Origin: Candidatus Kerfeldbacteria bacterium
Lineage (GTDB): Bacteria > Patescibacteriota > Patescibacteriia > SBBC01
NCBI GenBank assembly: GCA_043799405.1
Contig: JAZDNT010000004.1
Coordinates: forward strand, 4,206 to 68,205
Length of the DNA: 64,000 nt
Reading direction: 5' to 3'
In this document: positions 28,353 to 37,090 of the stretch, piece after piece
Numbering within the stretch: the first letter of the stretch is position 1
Layout: each line of letters starts with the position of its first letter
The notes under the pieces: model-generated
Seen by the model: only the letters and a program-made list of their open reading frames with translations
What the model was told of the DNA's origin: nothing
Database searches by the model: none
Made by a program: the position numbers and the translations under genes

Positions 28353-29866
28353 ACGCGGCACTGACAAGAATGATCAAGAAAACTGAATGGTACCGCCAAG
28401 GCGGCGCAATAACGCCGTGGTACGTATCGCCGCCATGGTCGGCAATTTCCCAGCCGACTGTATATGGGAAAAATACTCCGAGCATATTCGGGGAAGTTAT
28501 TTGTATTCACTTACCCGGTAATCACTGTCTGGCCTATTGGAAATCCGAAGGAATGCGCCGTGTCGCGCGGGATTACCTCGAACGGCAATGCCGTGATCAT
28601 ACCTTCGTCCAGAAACTGCATCGCAACTGGGAACGACGTGTGCTTCCGGTATTCAAACGCGACGTGACGACGATCTGCCGCACTGATCTGCGCGGTATGA
28701 CCAATGTCGAGCTCGAATCGATGGTCACGGGCTTCATGACGAATTTCCGGCTCGGATGGTCCGAGTCGATCTTTCATGACGCGTTCGATCTGGCGGGAAG
28801 CGAAATTCTTGAAAAAGAGTTCGTTCAGGGCGCCCCCCAGGTATCACCGGGACAGTTGGATCGCCTCCTCATGCCGACCGAACCGTTGATCATCCAACGC
28901 GAACGGATCGAACTCTCCGCGATCGCCTCGCGGGTAGGGCGAGGTCGGCTCCGTCGACTGGTGCTCGCTGATTCGTGGGCGACGATACAAAAGGAGTACG
29001 CATCGTTTTACAAGCGCATCGAAACGCACCGCAATGCGTGGAAATGGATGATGAACGATTACGAGCACGTTGTCGATCTACCGATTAACTGGTTCACTGT
29101 CAGGATTCGACGTTATGTGACGCGTCCGAGTGAGCTGCGGCGAGATCGGTCGATACCAATGCATCTTAGGAACGTACGTAAGACGAAACGTGCGCTCATG
29201 CATTCGCTCAAACTGACGTCGCGCCAGCGTGCAATAGTCGAGCTCCTGTCGACGGTCCAGGTGTGGCGCGACGAACGCAAGGCTATGATGACGCAATACG
29301 GCGGTACGGCACTGCGCCACATCGCCCAAGAACTCTCGCGTCGATTCCGCATACCATTGCGGCTGTTCCTGAACCTTTTTGTGTGGGAATTGCATGCGTT
29401 CATGTCCGCCCCGAATGCCATGCGCAACATACTCCGCGTTCGCAAATACGGCACGGTCCACGTCATCGTCAGTCCATCCAAAAAAACTATTGCGAACGGC
29501 AAGGCCAGCATACGGTACGAGCGTCTGCTTCGTCAGATGGTACAGAAACAAAAACTTCATGGCATGACTGCTTTTTCCGGTGTTGTACGAGGTAAAGCGC
29601 ATTTCATGCTGACGCAGTCGGACTTTCCCAAATTCAAACCCGGCGAGATCCTCATCGCGCCGAACACGCGCCCCGAGTACGTGCCGATCATGAAGAAAGC
29701 GGCGGGCATTGTCACTGAAGAAGGTGGCATTACAAGCCACGCCGCGATCGTCTCGCGCGAATTGCGGATTCCCGCCATTGTCGGCGTCCAAGGAATACTC
29801 GAAGCAGTTAAAAACGGCGACCGCGTTGAGGTTGATGCCGTTCATGGTATAGTACGGAAGCTATGA
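28349..29866 (+). CDS. Swivel-domain paralog P8
   Basis: 505 aa with an ATGA overlap. Motif WRDERK; C-terminus [28 protein letters not shown]. Confidence 0.8.
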   Translation: MNAALTRMIKKTEWYRQGGAITPWYVSPPWSAISQPTVYGKNTPSIFGEVICIHLPGNHCLAYWKSEGMRRVARDYLERQCRDHTFVQKLHRNWERRVLPVFKRDVTTICRTDLRGMTNVELESMVTGFMTNFRLGWSESIFHDAFDLAGSEILEKEFVQGAPQVSPGQLDRLLMPTEPLIIQRERIELSAIASRVGRGRLRRLVLADSWATIQKEYASFYKRIETHRNAWKWMMNDYEHVVDLPINWFTVRIRRYVTRPSELRRDRSIPMHLRNVRKTKRALMHSLKLTSRQRAIVELLSTVQVWRDERKAMMTQYGGTALRHIAQELSRRFRIPLRLFLNLFVWELHAFMSAPNAMRNILRVRKYGTVHVIVSPSKKTIANGKASIRYERLLRQMVQKQKLHGMTAFSGVVRGKAHFMLTQSDFPKFKPGEILIAPNTRPEYVPIMKKAAGIVTEEGGITSHAAIVSRELRIPAIVGVQGILEAVKNGDRVEVDAVHGIVRKL

Positions 29867-31404
29867 AACAGACGATCTGGCGAAAAAACTTTTCGATTAG
29901 CCGGACTGCGCTGCACATGCTGCCGCAGGCGATCGACAACATGGTACGGTACCAAAAAGAAACGATCGGCATTAATGCGCTCCGTGACGGCATTTCGGTT
30001 TTCCGCGGGTACGAGAACGAGATGTCGCTCATCCCCGTACGCGAGCTCCAAGCGATGGTCGAGGGTACGATCAATGCCATCCTCAAAAAACCCGCGCACA
30101 TCGAACAGATCCACCGGGATACTATACGGTATAACAACGAGTATTTCCGCTTTGCGCACATCGTGTACCATACCGACCTTTCCATGCTAACAACACAGCG
30201 ACTTATTGCGATATTCGAGAAATTAACACACTACCAAAAGATTACGCACGGTCTGTCGCTTCCGACAACCTGGTTCGTCGATTCGGACGGAGAGGATTTT
30301 TCAAAACTCCTCATCAAAAAAATCGAGAACCTCATTAAAATCCACGCATCTCGACGGAGCGTCGCTGAGGTGTTTAGTTCTCTCACGACGCCCGAAAAGA
30401 CGAGCTTTGCTATGCTCGAAGAAAAAGAATCGCTTCTCGTACTCAAGCGTCTCGCAGCCGATTCGCATGCGCGCGCACTGTTCCTCCGCTCCAACGTCAG
30501 CCGGATACGCAACAGCCTCTTGTCGTTGAAACCGGAGTTAAGAACGCTGATTCTCACCCACTATGAAAAGTGGCGATGGGTTCCGTACACCTACATTGGT
30601 CCGACGTATACGATCGACCACTACCTCGAAGAGTGGTCGAACATGCTTCGCAAGAAGGCCGATATCAGAAAACGTCTCCGGGAGCTCGAACGTTACCCCA
30701 TGATCGTGAAAGCAAAAAAGCAAAAGCTCATCCGCGAACTATCGATTGACCGCGCAACACAGCGACTCTTCGCGATCGCATCCGAGATCGTCTTCATCAA
30801 AGGGTACCGTAAGGATGTCCTGTACTATGGATGCTTCGTGCTTGAAAGGATCCACCGCGAGCTCATGCGACGGTTCCATCTTTCATTAAAGCAAATTAGG
30901 TTCATGACCGACCGCGAAGTCGTTAAGCTTATGCGACACGGTTCGTTCCCGAAACGCGTGCTCGATGAGCGTGCGAAGTTTTGCGTCTATCGGCAGCGGA
31001 ATTTACAGGGCACCATGCTCACCGGCATCACTGCAAGACGCCTGCTCGCATCGCTCACCATAGAGGAAGAAACGGTACGGGACGTGAACGTCCTTTCTGG
31101 TACGCCTGCCTGTCCCGGCTCGGCAAAGGGCATCGTCAGAATCATTAACGTGCCCGGCGACATGGATAAAATGCGGAAGGGCGACATCATGGTATCACAT
31201 ACGACATTCCCGGCACTGGTACCCGCGATGAAAAAGGCGTCGGCTATCGTGACTGATGATGGCGGTATCACCTGCCACGCAGCGATCGTCTCGCGCGAGC
31301 TCGGCACGCCCTGCGTTGTCGGGACGAAGATCGCAACAAAAATCCTCAAAGACGGCGACATCGTCGAGGTCGATGCGACGAACGGAACGGTACGGAAGCT
31401 GTGA
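29863..31404 (+). CDS. Swivel-domain paralog P9
   Basis: 513 aa with an ATGA overlap. Mid-domain motif HYEKWRW; C-terminus [28 protein letters not shown]. Confidence 0.8.
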   Translation: MKQTIWRKNFSISRTALHMLPQAIDNMVRYQKETIGINALRDGISVFRGYENEMSLIPVRELQAMVEGTINAILKKPAHIEQIHRDTIRYNNEYFRFAHIVYHTDLSMLTTQRLIAIFEKLTHYQKITHGLSLPTTWFVDSDGEDFSKLLIKKIENLIKIHASRRSVAEVFSSLTTPEKTSFAMLEEKESLLVLKRLAADSHARALFLRSNVSRIRNSLLSLKPELRTLILTHYEKWRWVPYTYIGPTYTIDHYLEEWSNMLRKKADIRKRLRELERYPMIVKAKKQKLIRELSIDRATQRLFAIASEIVFIKGYRKDVLYYGCFVLERIHRELMRRFHLSLKQIRFMTDREVVKLMRHGSFPKRVLDERAKFCVYRQRNLQGTMLTGITARRLLASLTIEEETVRDVNVLSGTPACPGSAKGIVRIINVPGDMDKMRKGDIMVSHTTFPALVPAMKKASAIVTDDGGITCHAAIVSRELGTPCVVGTKIATKILKDGDIVEVDATNGTVRKL

Positions 31405-32009
31405 CCCATCCAAGGATCAAGCTCGTCCTCTGGGACTTCAACGGCGTCGTCGTGAACGGTGATCATGCCATTCTATCCCGACACTTTGGCCGCATCCACG
31501 GCACTCCCTGGCAGAAGGTGTACGCGATTCTGTATACGAAGTACCTCAATCTCTACGCCATGAATAGGATCACCGACCGCGAGGCGTGGGAAGGCCCCAT
31601 CCGCGAGCTCGGCTGGAAGCAGGATTGGCAAAAGATGAAATGGTGGTACCTGAACCGGCAGCGGCTGCAAAAGACGGTCATCGCGTACGTCCAGACGCTC
31701 CGGCGGCGCGGCTACGCTTGCGCAGTCATCAGCAAAAACATCACTACGTGGTTTGCATACTTGAGGAAACGTCTCGGATTTGAAAAATATTTTGACGGTG
31801 TCGTAGAAACGCAGTCGCTCAATCTGCCGAAATCGAGTCCTCAGACCGTCCGCTATCTCTGTAAGCGTTTCAAGGTCAAACCGAACGAGATCGTCTACAT
31901 CGACGACCAGGCAGCCAACCTCAAGGCACCTAAGCAAATGGGCGTCAACACGATCCTCTACCGAAACCTCACGCAGTGCCGGCGCGAACTCACGAAACTT
32001 CTGGACTAA
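31401..32009 (+). CDS. HAD-superfamily hydrolase-like protein
   Basis: 202 aa with a GTG start overlapping the P9 stop (GTGA). The motif I-like sequence LVLWDFNGVVV has Asn at the second Asp position. A motif IV-like VYIDDQAANL is also present. Confidence 0.55.
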   Translation: MTHPRIKLVLWDFNGVVVNGDHAILSRHFGRIHGTPWQKVYAILYTKYLNLYAMNRITDREAWEGPIRELGWKQDWQKMKWWYLNRQRLQKTVIAYVQTLRRRGYACAVISKNITTWFAYLRKRLGFEKYFDGVVETQSLNLPKSSPQTVRYLCKRFKVKPNEIVYIDDQAANLKAPKQMGVNTILYRNLTQCRRELTKLLD

Positions 32010-32944
32010 GCGCCTACTTTCTCGACCTTCTGCCGTGTAGCGTATTCTTCAGAAAGCAATCCAAGCTCTGCAAGGTCAACGTCATATTCGGTTCCTCGAA
32101 GCATCATTTTAACGGACGACAGCTTCCCTTCGTCATCGCGGCGTATGACAAAATCGACATTGTCAGTCGGTTTGAACGCTCCGCCGATCTCATCGAGGTT
32201 TTTAAATCCCCGTACCGTCTCATTACCGACCGTTCGCATCACTACCTCACGGATAAACGGCTCGATCTTTGGTCCGTGCGTTACATTCTCAAGTTTGACA
32301 TTCGAACCATCATAAAGGTGGCCCGACATTTCGAGATAATGCTGCAGGAGATGGCCGAGGTCTTGCGCGCACTCTCGCGCCGTCTGTCCGCCCGCCGCTT
32401 TAACCTGCTCGGAACCATCAAGGTACGCTTGAATTTGATAATCGAGTTTGTGTGGTTTATCAAGTTCGCCAGCAGCAATCATGGCATCTGCGCGCTTCCC
32501 TGCATCCATCCAAAACGGCGCGACATTCTTCACCGTCATCAATTCTTCCCTCGTCCTGATATTATAGGTCCGTGCTCCGCGTGACGTTCTGACCTCTTCG
32601 TCACCGATTTCAGCGACTTTTCGATTAATGACCGTCGCGCCGGTATTTTGAAGCCCGATATCAATGGTATCTTTCGCGCGTTCAAGTTTTGAAGAATACC
32701 CTTTGACCACTGGCGCCTCATCGTCCGGCCCTTCAAACGCAGCGCCGAGCGCTGCGGCCTGCTCGATGCCCTTGGACGAAAGCTTATCCGCACTCATGCC
32801 TGTCGCAGGATTGACTTCGGGATCGGCGTGGCGGCGGAATGATACGGTCACCTCAACGTTTTTCCCAAATTCCTGTTTCTCCTTGGTTGGATCGCCCTCA
32901 AACGGTAGTTCGCCATTACCTGATCGCATAGAATATCCTTTCAT
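32006..32944 (-). CDS. Divergent histidine-phosphatase-superfamily protein
   Basis: 312 aa with FRRHADPE (RHG-like), YSSKLERAKDT (S-x-x-x-RA-x-x-T-like) and ENVTHGP (second His). Confidence 0.5.
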   Translation of the reverse strand: MKGYSMRSGNGELPFEGDPTKEKQEFGKNVEVTVSFRRHADPEVNPATGMSADKLSSKGIEQAAALGAAFEGPDDEAPVVKGYSSKLERAKDTIDIGLQNTGATVINRKVAEIGDEEVRTSRGARTYNIRTREELMTVKNVAPFWMDAGKRADAMIAAGELDKPHKLDYQIQAYLDGSEQVKAAGGQTARECAQDLGHLLQHYLEMSGHLYDGSNVKLENVTHGPKIEPFIREVVMRTVGNETVRGFKNLDEIGGAFKPTDNVDFVIRRDDEGKLSSVKMMLRGTEYDVDLAELGLLSEEYATRQKVEKVGA

Positions 32945-33108
32945 TAAGTATTGTTACACTAACCCCTAATCCCGCATCACGTCAATTGTCGAAATCGCAA
33001 TTTCGTATGTCAAAACCGGTACGCTCATCACCCGAAGGGTAAATGTTGCGTACCGATCCTTGCGCCGTGTGGCGCCCTTCAAATGAACGATGTTTGCTGC
33101 CCGTGGTC

Positions 33109-33756
33109 CTACTCGACTTCGGGACAGCGGAACGTCATCTGCGGCTCTTCCCGCAGCACGAGCAGGCCTTCAGCCGTCTCTTCCATCGTGTAGCGGATTG
33201 CGTCGCATGGCCCAAGGCACATCTGCGCCCGGGGATCGGACGCGCGCAGCTCCACGAAGGGACTGTGCGAGACTATCAGCACGAAGACCTCGTCGAGATC
33301 CTCGATCTGCGTCGCCAGCCAGGGGTTGGTGGTGAGGAAGTAAACTGCCTTGGCCATGGCCAGCTCGATCTTGAAACGGCGGGCACCCGCAACCCAGCCC
33401 CACCCCTGAAACCAGTCGAAGGCCGGGGTTTCGGTGTGGGCACGACCGGCCTGCGCCGTCGTCTTCGCCACCTCGAAGGGGATGATCGGTAGGGCCGGAT
33501 TCTCGCCGTCCTCCGTGCCGATCACGTTCAGCGGCGGGAAGCACATCGGGCTCTCGCTGACGCCGAGCACCCTGGCCATGATCTGCGCGGTGTCGCGCGT
33601 GCGCTCCGTGTCGCTATGCAGCACGAGACTGTACGGCGTGCCGCGGAGGGTGAAGGCCATACGCTCGGCCTGCATTCGTCCCCGATCCGTCAGATGACGT
33701 CCGGGCGTGTTGTCCGTCTCGCCGTGACGGGCGCAATCGAAGATGAACCTCCTCAT
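33109..33756 (-). CDS. Histidine phosphatase family protein (phosphoglycerate-mutase-like)
   Basis: 215 aa with CARHGETDN, LTDRGRMQAE, HSDTERTRDTAQI and IVSHSPF. GC is clearly higher than the neighbouring genes (hand counts 63-75% on two lines). Confidence 0.7.
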   Translation of the reverse strand: MRRFIFDCARHGETDNTPGRHLTDRGRMQAERMAFTLRGTPYSLVLHSDTERTRDTAQIMARVLGVSESPMCFPPLNVIGTEDGENPALPIIPFEVAKTTAQAGRAHTETPAFDWFQGWGWVAGARRFKIELAMAKAVYFLTTNPWLATQIEDLDEVFVLIVSHSPFVELRASDPRAQMCLGPCDAIRYTMEETAEGLLVLREEPQMTFRCPEVE

Positions 33757-33893
33757 CTTCCTACCTCCCCTTTGGGTTGAGCCGCACAGACTGCGTTTCG
33801 ATAAGTATCATGAACGCCCTGTAACGAACTGATGCGATTTCCGCGGGCGTTCGCACGGAAAGCAAGCCACCTTACTACACAAAGCGGCTGTTT

Positions 33894-33982
33894 GTCAACC
33901 CCGTTAGAGAGTCGCATGGAAAAACTAGGTACGCGTAACAACTAATGAAAATAGTAATAAGGGGCTCTCTAACAGGGTCAAT
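33894..33982. repeat. Inverted-repeat element, copy 3 of 3
   Basis: gtcaaccccgttagagag (33894-33911) and ctctctaacagggtcaat (33965-33982) flank a 53-nt AT-rich core. Confidence 0.7.
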
Positions 33983-34177
33983 ACACTTGACAAATAGGTG
34001 TTATTGGCATAAATTGCTTTATAGACAATATCTATTCAATTCCAAGCAATATTACGATTTTCCCCTAGAAAATCGTAACACTGAGCGCAGCGAAGTGTCT
34101 CCACATTGCTGTTGTCTGAATGGAGATCCCTCACTCCGTTCGGGAATGCAAAGTCAACCATTAATTAACATCGCACT

Positions 34178-36079
34178 ATGCTCGAAGAACTCCTTAATTC
34201 AAGAACGCGCGTAAAGGTCCTCTCGCTATTCTTCCATGATGAGCGGCATGATTACTACTCGCAGGAGGTCATCAGTGCGACCGGCGGGGATCCCGCAAAC
34301 GTACATCGTGAACTCACGAAGCTCGTAAAGCTCGGCGTGCTCGCGATGACGCAAAAGGGCACGCGAAAGTTTTACTGCCTCGATCCCCGCTCCCCTTTCC
34401 ATAAGGGGCTACGGGAGCTCATTCTCGCATCAGGGGAAAAGAAAAAAGAGCGACAAGAGGAGTTCCGATACCTCAACGACGGCGATCCATGGATGCTCGC
34501 GGAGAACATCCCTGATATCGACCTGTTCTTTTCCCAGATCTTCCTGTCGTGCTTCGCAAACGAGTTTTCTGCGTTCACCGGTCGCGCGTACTCAAAAGTG
34601 TTGACGATCTACCGCGGTTATCATTTCTGGTTCTACTATGGAGAAAAGGATTCGAACGAAGTCGGAAACCGGATCGCCGAACGATTCATCAAGGAGCCTT
34701 CATTCGCGTCCCGCGTGAACCGCGAGATCGTTGCTGAAGCAAAAACGCTCGAACGGTTCGCTGCAACGCTTCCCGAAGACGGACTCTCAAAGCTCTCGAA
34801 CGAAAGGCTCTGGCGACTGTACAAAAAACACGACGACGTGCATACGGCATACTACCGATGGGGCTGGATCCCCGTTGCCGCTGATATGTTCCACAATAAC
34901 TTCACTGATGCGCTGTACAAGGAACTTCGTCGTTTAAAGGTCCCTGAAACAAAGATCAACGCGTACTTCGCTACCCTGACACAGCCGACGGACCGCTCCC
35001 CAATCCAGAAGGAGCGCGAGGAGTTCCTCAACATTGCGCGTTCGATACTGGAAGACCCGTACCATCGGACGCTCTTCAAGGAACTGTACGCCGTGTTCGA
35101 AGAGCAGGACGTGAGCCGTATGACGCTTGCCCCGCATACGCCGCAGTATGAACGGACGCTTGAACAACGCGCGCGGTCGCTCCGCTCGAAGATCAAACCG
35201 ACGATCTTCAGGCTCATCGAGCGCCACTACGAACGGTACTTCTTCGTCAAGCACATGTGGATCGGGAAGGATGGCGTCTACACATTCGATTACTACCTGA
35301 AGGAACTCGTGAAACTCATCGGAAGGAATTCCGATGTACGCGTGATACTCGATGAGGCGGAAAAGGAGCAGGCTGACGCGTTGCGGAAAAAACAAGCGCT
35401 CATGAATACACTGAGGCTTACTCCGTCATGGCGGAGCATATTCAACTCGTTCGGCGACTTCATGGTTACGAAGATAATTCGACGTTTTGCACAGATATAC
35501 GCGATCTACCGTATGCAGCCGACCCTCGAAGAGATCGCGCGGCGCCTTAAGATCGACCTGAAGCGCGTTCGGTTCATGCTGACGAGTGAATTCGAGCAAG
35601 CCCTCCTCCACAACGTGATCGATCGGAACGAACTTGAGGAACGAACAAAGTTCTGCGCGTACTACGTCGAGAAAGGCCGCGAGGCGGTATTCACCGGCGA
35701 CGAAGCCGAACGTCTTGCCGCCGCAGTGCAACCGAAGGACGTTAAGGCGACAGATTCGTTCACCGGCCAGATCGGGTGCATGGGAAAAGGGAGGGGGACG
35801 GTTCGGATCATCAACCGACCGTCGGACATGACAAAGATGAAGAATGGTGATGTGCTCGTTTCGATCGCGACCGATCCGGACATCGTCCCGGCAATGAAGA
35901 AGGCCGCGGCGATCGTTACGGAACAGGGCGGCGTAACCTCGCATGCAGCCATCGTCTCCCGGGAACTCGGTATTCCCTGTGTCATCGGCACGAAGATCGC
36001 GACGAGGGTGCTCAAAGACGGCGACCTCGTGGAGGTTGACGCGAACCATGGAACTGTGACGATAATAAGAAAGAAATGA
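34178..36079 (+). CDS. Swivel-domain paralog P10 with an N-terminal winged-helix (ArsR-like) DNA-binding domain
   Basis: 633 aa. N-terminus LLNSRTRVKVLSLFFHDERHDYYSQEVISATGGDPANVHRELTKLVKLGVLAMTQKGTRKFYCL. Mid-domain motif HYERYFF; C-terminus [28 protein letters not shown]. Confidence 0.8.
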   Translation: MLEELLNSRTRVKVLSLFFHDERHDYYSQEVISATGGDPANVHRELTKLVKLGVLAMTQKGTRKFYCLDPRSPFHKGLRELILASGEKKKERQEEFRYLNDGDPWMLAENIPDIDLFFSQIFLSCFANEFSAFTGRAYSKVLTIYRGYHFWFYYGEKDSNEVGNRIAERFIKEPSFASRVNREIVAEAKTLERFAATLPEDGLSKLSNERLWRLYKKHDDVHTAYYRWGWIPVAADMFHNNFTDALYKELRRLKVPETKINAYFATLTQPTDRSPIQKEREEFLNIARSILEDPYHRTLFKELYAVFEEQDVSRMTLAPHTPQYERTLEQRARSLRSKIKPTIFRLIERHYERYFFVKHMWIGKDGVYTFDYYLKELVKLIGRNSDVRVILDEAEKEQADALRKKQALMNTLRLTPSWRSIFNSFGDFMVTKIIRRFAQIYAIYRMQPTLEEIARRLKIDLKRVRFMLTSEFEQALLHNVIDRNELEERTKFCAYYVEKGREAVFTGDEAERLAAAVQPKDVKATDSFTGQIGCMGKGRGTVRIINRPSDMTKMKNGDVLVSIATDPDIVPAMKKAAAIVTEQGGVTSHAAIVSRELGIPCVIGTKIATRVLKDGDLVEVDANHGTVTIIRKK

Positions 36080-37017
36080 CTACCTTCACGAAGACATTCC
36101 GACAGCTCTCAAGGGCCGACGTCGGGATCGCCGGCGGCAAGGGCGCTAGTTTGGGCGAGATGACGCATGCCGGCATTCCTGTCCCGCCCGGATTCGTCGT
36201 ATTGGCCTCTGCGTTCGACCGGTTCCTGCACGAGAGCCAGCTCGATGTCGAGATCGAATCGATCCTCCACCTTCTCAAACACACCGATGTGAACGCTGTC
36301 GACCGAGTATCGAACGAGATCCGCGAACTCATCCTCGACGAGGAAATGCCGAAAGATTTGGGCAAAGAGATCATGAAGCAATTCGCATCGCTCCGGTCAC
36401 CTGCCGTTGCCGTCAGAAGTTCGGCCACTGCGGAGGATTCCTCGGTCGCATCGTGGGCAGGCGAACTTGAATCGTACCTGAACGTCAAAAAGGCGGGCGT
36501 ACTCGATGCTGTAAGAAAATGCTGGTCGTCGCTCTTCACGCCGCGCGCAATCTTCTACCGTTTTGAGAAGAAGCTACATAAACAAAACGTATCAGTCGCA
36601 GTCGTCGTGCAGGCAATGGTTCAGTCCGAGACGTCCGGCATCTGCTTCACGGTCCATCCGGTCACCAAAGACTACGACCAGATGGTCATCGAAGCTGGCT
36701 GGGGTCTCGGCGAAGCGATCGTCGGAGGGAAGATCACGCCGGACACCTTCGTGATCCATACGACCGACTGGACCATCCTCGATGCCAGTATAAGCGAGCA
36801 GACAATGATGATCGTCCGGGGGCCGGAAGGGACCGTCGAGAAAAAAGTACCAGCGGCAAGAGCGAACAAGCAAAAACTGCCAAACAGCGTTGTCATGAAG
36901 CTTGCGAAGATCTGCAAGCACATAGAGGAGCACTATGGAAAACCGCAGGACATCGAATGGGCGTACCGAAACAAAAAGTTCTACATTGTCCAGTCAAGGC
37001 CGATTACAACGCTGTAA
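36076..37017 (+). CDS. Stand-alone PPDK_N-type ATP-grasp (nucleotide-binding) domain of PEP synthase / pyruvate-phosphate dikinase
   Basis: 313 aa with an ATGA overlap to P10. Motifs: VGIAGGKGASLGEMTHAGIPVPPGFVV, VAVRSSATAEDS, VAVVVQAMV, QDIEWAYRNKKFYIVQSRPIT. The protein ends at the domain boundary, with no His or TIM-barrel domain. Confidence 0.85.
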   Translation: MTTFTKTFRQLSRADVGIAGGKGASLGEMTHAGIPVPPGFVVLASAFDRFLHESQLDVEIESILHLLKHTDVNAVDRVSNEIRELILDEEMPKDLGKEIMKQFASLRSPAVAVRSSATAEDSSVASWAGELESYLNVKKAGVLDAVRKCWSSLFTPRAIFYRFEKKLHKQNVSVAVVVQAMVQSETSGICFTVHPVTKDYDQMVIEAGWGLGEAIVGGKITPDTFVIHTTDWTILDASISEQTMMIVRGPEGTVEKKVPAARANKQKLPNSVVMKLAKICKHIEEHYGKPQDIEWAYRNKKFYIVQSRPITTL

Positions 37018-37090
37018 CACAAAAAACGTGACCTAATCGTGTTCGACGAAAACGGCCTTTTATAGTATACTCATTGGGCATACACGCACT

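Noticed and set aside
17488-36079. CRISPR-like or other non-coding periodic repeat (conserved ~150-250-nt blocks every 1.1-1.5 kb)
   Set aside because: The conserved blocks are the 3' coding ends (swivel domain) of long ORFs and are conserved at the protein level with synonymous variation. The period is far too long for a CRISPR array, and there are no cas genes.
17838-36079. Annotating the paralogs as phosphoenolpyruvate synthase (PpsA)
   Set aside because: They lack both the N-terminal ATP-grasp domain and the C-terminal PEP/pyruvate TIM-barrel domain. Only the central His swivel domain is shared, so a gluconeogenic PpsA function is not supported.
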